Below, in pieces: positions 60,733 to 64,000 of a stretch of 64,000 nt of DNA. The DNA comes from Gammaproteobacteria bacterium (GTDB taxonomy: Bacteria; Pseudomonadota; Gammaproteobacteria; UBA4575): positions 448,001 to 512,000 of the forward strand of contig CBDCUI010000009.1 of assembly GCA_965222615.1 (NCBI GenBank). Direction: 5' to 3'. Position 1 is the first letter of the stretch. Each line of letters starts with the position of its first letter. The notes below the pieces were generated by a model. That model ran no database searches. It was not told the DNA's origin and saw nothing but the letters and a program-made list of their open reading frames with translations. The translations under genes were made by a program, and so were the position numbers.

Positions 60733-62148
60733 ATGGCTCAGCATATCCTTTTCTTAACCGGCAAACTGGCGGAAAAAAGTTTGCATCGCGTTTTGGAATC
60801 CATGCAGCCAACTGATTTTACCTATGAAGTTCGTCAGCTTGGTGTCAGTGTCGCGGCATTGATGACGACATCGTTGATCGAAAAGCGGCTTACTGATACT
60901 GGCAAAGCGCAAAAAATTATCATCCCAGGGCGTTGTCGGGGTGATATTGATGCCTTATCCAAATCACTGAATTTACCCGTTGAACGTGGCCCTGAAGAAT
61001 TAAAAGATCTGCCAGCCTATTTTGGACAAATTGATCGTAAAACCGACTTAAGTAAATATGCAGTACAGATATTTGCCGAGATTGTTGATGCGCCGAATAT
61101 GTCTGTTAATGAAATCATCAAACAAGCAGAAAAATACAAAGAAGATGGCGCAAATGTTATTGACTTAGGCTGTCTTCCCAGCACTGCCTTTCCCCATTTA
61201 ACTGAATCCGTTCAGGCACTCAAAGCTGAAGGTTATAAGGTAAGTGTAGATTCCCTCACGCCAAAGGATTTGGTTGCGGGCGGCAAAGCGGGGGCAGATT
61301 TTTTATTCAGTATTAGTGAAAAAACCCTTTGGATATTGGATGAAGTTGAAGCCACTCCTATTCTGATCGGGCATCCACCTTCTAATGCAAGCTCGCTCTA
61401 TCGTGCAATTGAACAATTATTAAAACAAAATCGAAGATTCATCGCCGATTCAATCTTAGATCCTATTCATTTTGGTTTCACGGAATCAATTGCGCGTTAT
61501 CGCAATTTACGCAGACGCTACCCTGAAATCGAAATGATTATGGGGATTGGTAATCTTACCGAGTTGACTCATGCAGACTCGGCCGGAACCAATGCCATAC
61601 TTCTAGGAATAGTTTCAGAATTAGAAATTCAGCATATATTGACTACCGAAGTGAGTGAACATTGTCGCTGCGCCGTGAAAGAGGCGGACTTGGCACGCCG
61701 TATTATGTATGCTGCAAGGATTGATAATATCCCCCCCAAAGGCTATGACAATGGCTTAATGGCACTACATGAACGCAAACCATTTCCCTATACACAAGAA
61801 GAAGTAAAAGAATTTGCAGCAGAAATCAAAGATCCAAATTTTCGTATTCAAGTCAGCGAGGATGGTATTCACACATATAATCGTGATGGATTGCATACTA
61901 CTACCGACCCTTATGATATTTATCCCAAATTAAACGTAGAAGATGATGGTGGACATGCTTTTTATTTAGGTATCGAACATGCTCGTGCTCAAATTGCCTG
62001 GCAGCTGGGTAAACGTTATGAACAAGATGAAGAATTAGATTGGGGGGTGGCGGTCAAAAAAGCTGAAGAGGATTTGAGTAAGCAAAAAGAAGCAGGCACC
62101 ACTCTACATACTCGAGAAGACCGAAAAAAGAAAATGAGAAAAAAATGA
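60733..62148 (+). CDS. Methylotroph Orf20-like dihydropteroate-synthase-related protein (H4MPT biosynthesis; DUF6513 + pterin-binding)
   Basis: LTGKLAE, VAALMT, IFAEIVDAP, GNLTELTHADS, HAFYLG.E.ARAQIA..LGKRY.QDE.L.WG; clustered with DUF447 and mfnB. Confidence 0.8.
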   Translation: MAQHILFLTGKLAEKSLHRVLESMQPTDFTYEVRQLGVSVAALMTTSLIEKRLTDTGKAQKIIIPGRCRGDIDALSKSLNLPVERGPEELKDLPAYFGQIDRKTDLSKYAVQIFAEIVDAPNMSVNEIIKQAEKYKEDGANVIDLGCLPSTAFPHLTESVQALKAEGYKVSVDSLTPKDLVAGGKAGADFLFSISEKTLWILDEVEATPILIGHPPSNASSLYRAIEQLLKQNRRFIADSILDPIHFGFTESIARYRNLRRRYPEIEMIMGIGNLTELTHADSAGTNAILLGIVSELEIQHILTTEVSEHCRCAVKEADLARRIMYAARIDNIPPKGYDNGLMALHERKPFPYTQEEVKEFAAEIKDPNFRIQVSEDGIHTYNRDGLHTTTDPYDIYPKLNVEDDGGHAFYLGIEHARAQIAWQLGKRYEQDEELDWGVAVKKAEEDLSKQKEAGTTLHTREDRKKKMRKK

Positions 62149-62151
62149 AGC

Positions 62152-62293
62152 TTGTACCTAAAAAAATAGCGTGTTTTCCTACAAGAGTAGGTGCGATGCT
62201 TTTAAGCAGCGGTGCTTATTTATATATAAATGAGCAACGGAAAAAGGTCCGCAACGCCCTATTGGAAGAAAACCCGCATTTTGGGAGGTGCAA
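62152..62293. repeat. Divergent RPE-like palindromic element
   Basis: Imperfect terminal IRs TTGYACCT..AAAAT.GCG.GTTTTC; core GCGGTGCTTATTT..ATAAATGAGCA. Confidence 0.55.
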
Positions 62294-62296
62294 ATA

Positions 62297-62875
62297 ATGC
62301 CGTTTATACGGGAATGTATCGTAACTACCATCCGTGATGACAAAAGCATCCATATCGCACCCATGGGCATCCATGAGGATGGCAAACAACTCATTATTTT
62401 GCCTTTCAAGCCCTCTGCGACCTTAGACAACTTGGAAAGAGATGGCACCGCGACACTCAACTATACGGATGATATCCGAGTGTATGCAGGCTGCATTACT
62501 GGCCGGCGTGACTGGCCTACCTGCCCCACTGAAGTTATTCAAGGTGCCCGTTTAAAAAACTGTTTAGCTCACATAGAGTTAGAAGTTATAGATAAAGTGG
62601 AAGATGAAGTACGCCCTAAATATATTTGTAAAACAGTACATGAAGTCACTCATCAGCCATTTCATGGTTATAATCGTGCTCAATTTGCGGTTCTTGAACT
62701 TGCAATTTTATCCAGTCGCTTACATATGTTACCGCAGGAAAAAATCCAGCATGAGATTGAATATTTAAGCATTGGCTATGAAAAAACCTCTGGACCCCGC
62801 GAACAAGAAGCCTGGAACTGGCTAATGGAGAAAATTGATACATTTATGCAAACACAACAGGAAAAACAAACATGA
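62297..62875 (+). CDS. DUF447 family protein (methylotroph Orf21-like)
   Basis: E.IVTT....HIAPMG, PF.PS.TL.NL, GYNRAQ.AVLE.AIL.SRL. Confidence 0.8.
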   Translation: MPFIRECIVTTIRDDKSIHIAPMGIHEDGKQLIILPFKPSATLDNLERDGTATLNYTDDIRVYAGCITGRRDWPTCPTEVIQGARLKNCLAHIELEVIDKVEDEVRPKYICKTVHEVTHQPFHGYNRAQFAVLELAILSSRLHMLPQEKIQHEIEYLSIGYEKTSGPREQEAWNWLMEKIDTFMQTQQEKQT

Positions 62876-63579
62876 CAGGAATGCTTGCAAGTGTACGCAA
62901 CCTTCAAGAAGCCAATATTGTTTATCAAGGTGGCGCAGATATTATTGATCTTAAAGAACCTATGCATGGCGCACTTGGAGCAGTGCCATTAAATGTACTC
63001 CATTACGTCGTTGATGAGCTTTGGGAAAAATGTGTGATTAGTGCCACAGTAGGTGATTTACCTGCAGACGCTGTAGCAATTGAAGAAAAAGTTATGCAAA
63101 CCGCAGAAACAGGAGTCGATTACGTAAAAGTTGGCATGTTCAGTGAGCGCCACATTGAAAATTGCTTGCCAAATTTAGTGCATTGCGCAAATCGGGGGAT
63201 TGCAATTATTGCCGTGTTTTTTGCTGATATGGACTTTGACATTGACCATGCTATTCACTTAGCTAAACAAGCGCATCTCAAGGGAGTGATGCTTGACACT
63301 GCTCACAAAAAATCTGGCAATTTGCTACAACATAAAAACATTTTGCAGCTTGAATATTTTGTAAATCGAGCAAAACAGAACGGCCTACTGACTGGGTTGG
63401 CCGGATCATTAACAATAGAAGATATATCCACTTTAATGAAAGCCATGCCAGATTACATTGGATTTCGAACAGCGCTCTGTGCAAGCAAAAAAAGAACCAA
63501 CCATCTGGATATCGAAGCAATTAAACAAGTGAGAAATAGCATCCCCTACCAAGAAGAAGTAATAATGAAACTTGCGTAA
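62872..63579 (+). CDS. mfnB: (5-formylfuran-3-yl)methyl phosphate synthase (methanofuran/methylofuran biosynthesis; Orf22)
   Basis: LASV, ADIIDLKEP..GALGA, SATVGD, DYVKVG, MLDTA.K, GLAGSL, GFR.ALC. Confidence 0.88.
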   Translation: MTGMLASVRNLQEANIVYQGGADIIDLKEPMHGALGAVPLNVLHYVVDELWEKCVISATVGDLPADAVAIEEKVMQTAETGVDYVKVGMFSERHIENCLPNLVHCANRGIAIIAVFFADMDFDIDHAIHLAKQAHLKGVMLDTAHKKSGNLLQHKNILQLEYFVNRAKQNGLLTGLAGSLTIEDISTLMKAMPDYIGFRTALCASKKRTNHLDIEAIKQVRNSIPYQEEVIMKLA

Positions 63580-63610
63580 CCGAACAAGCATCAGCTTCAT
63601 CGGTTTTTTT
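63578..63610 (+). terminator. Probable intrinsic terminator
   Basis: AACCGA...AAGC-ATCA-GCTT...TCGGTT followed by a T-run after mfnB. Confidence 0.5.
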
Positions 63611-63642
63611 CATTTTTGCTACATACACAAAATGGGGGCAGC

Positions 63643-64000
63643 ATGGCAGAAAATTTATATAACCCACCACGATCTGATGTATCTACGTTAACACAATCAG
63701 GAAATAAATTATCTCTCTTACAAATTTATTTTTCTCTTCAAGGACGTGTAAACCGAAAAACTTATTGGCTGCTTCTAATTCTGCCAATGTTTATGTTGGG
63801 TTTTATCTCGGCGATATTAGTGCCATATTTCCCTGACTATTATTGGATAGATTCATTAATTACATTGCTTGTCCTATGGCCTAACATTGCCGTACAAGTA
63901 AAAAGATGGCACGACCGGGATAAATCTGGATGGTGGGTTCTAATTGGGTTAATTCCAATCGTTGGATTCATTTGGGCTTTGATTGAAAATGGTTTCCTGG
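63643..64000 (+). CDS. DUF805 family membrane protein (truncated by window end)
   Basis: Hand translation gives F..QGRVNRKTYW...AVQVKRWHDRDKSGWW.LI..IP.VG. Confidence 0.85.
   Translation, partial: MAENLYNPPRSDVSTLTQSGNKLSLLQIYFSLQGRVNRKTYWLLLILPMFMLGFISAILVPYFPDYYWIDSLITLLVLWPNIAVQVKRWHDRDKSGWWVLIGLIPIVGFIWALIENGFL

Noticed and set aside
62179-62460. 93-aa minus-strand ORF
   Set aside because: It is antisense to the DUF447 gene and runs through the palindromic repeat.
1-64000. tRNA or rRNA genes, integrase genes, cas genes
   Set aside because: None recognised anywhere in the window by eye; tRNAscan-SE and HMM searches would be needed to confirm.

Overview
AT-rich chromosomal window from a gammaproteobacterium that probably oxidises C1 compounds. 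Core genes include a complete ccmABCDEFGHI operon, mfd, mtiP-hpt-mscS-nagZ, zapE-mdh, sdhCDAB-sdhE, ygfZ and recJ-prfB(+1 frameshift)-lysS. H4MPT/methanofuran C1 genes are fhcBADC and an orf20-orf21-mfnB(orf22) cluster. Several accessory blocks interrupt the backbone. (i) At 16.7-24.2 kb there is an insertion hotspot at an unannotated candidate sigma54-dependent sRNA. Its 3' ~73 bp is duplicated around a phage-like remnant, and the block also holds a TetR/cytochrome P460 pair and an intact IS3. (ii) At 26.5-29.0 kb a HigBA islet sits between duplicated mdh 3' ends, followed by two integron attC sites with no integrase in the window. (iii) At 42.5-55.4 kb there is a surface-modification and two-component island with six ATTAC-N6-GTAAT boxes. 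Six RPE-like palindromic repeats occur at five loci, each next to a stop codon. All calls come from reading the sequence and recalling motifs; no database searches were run.
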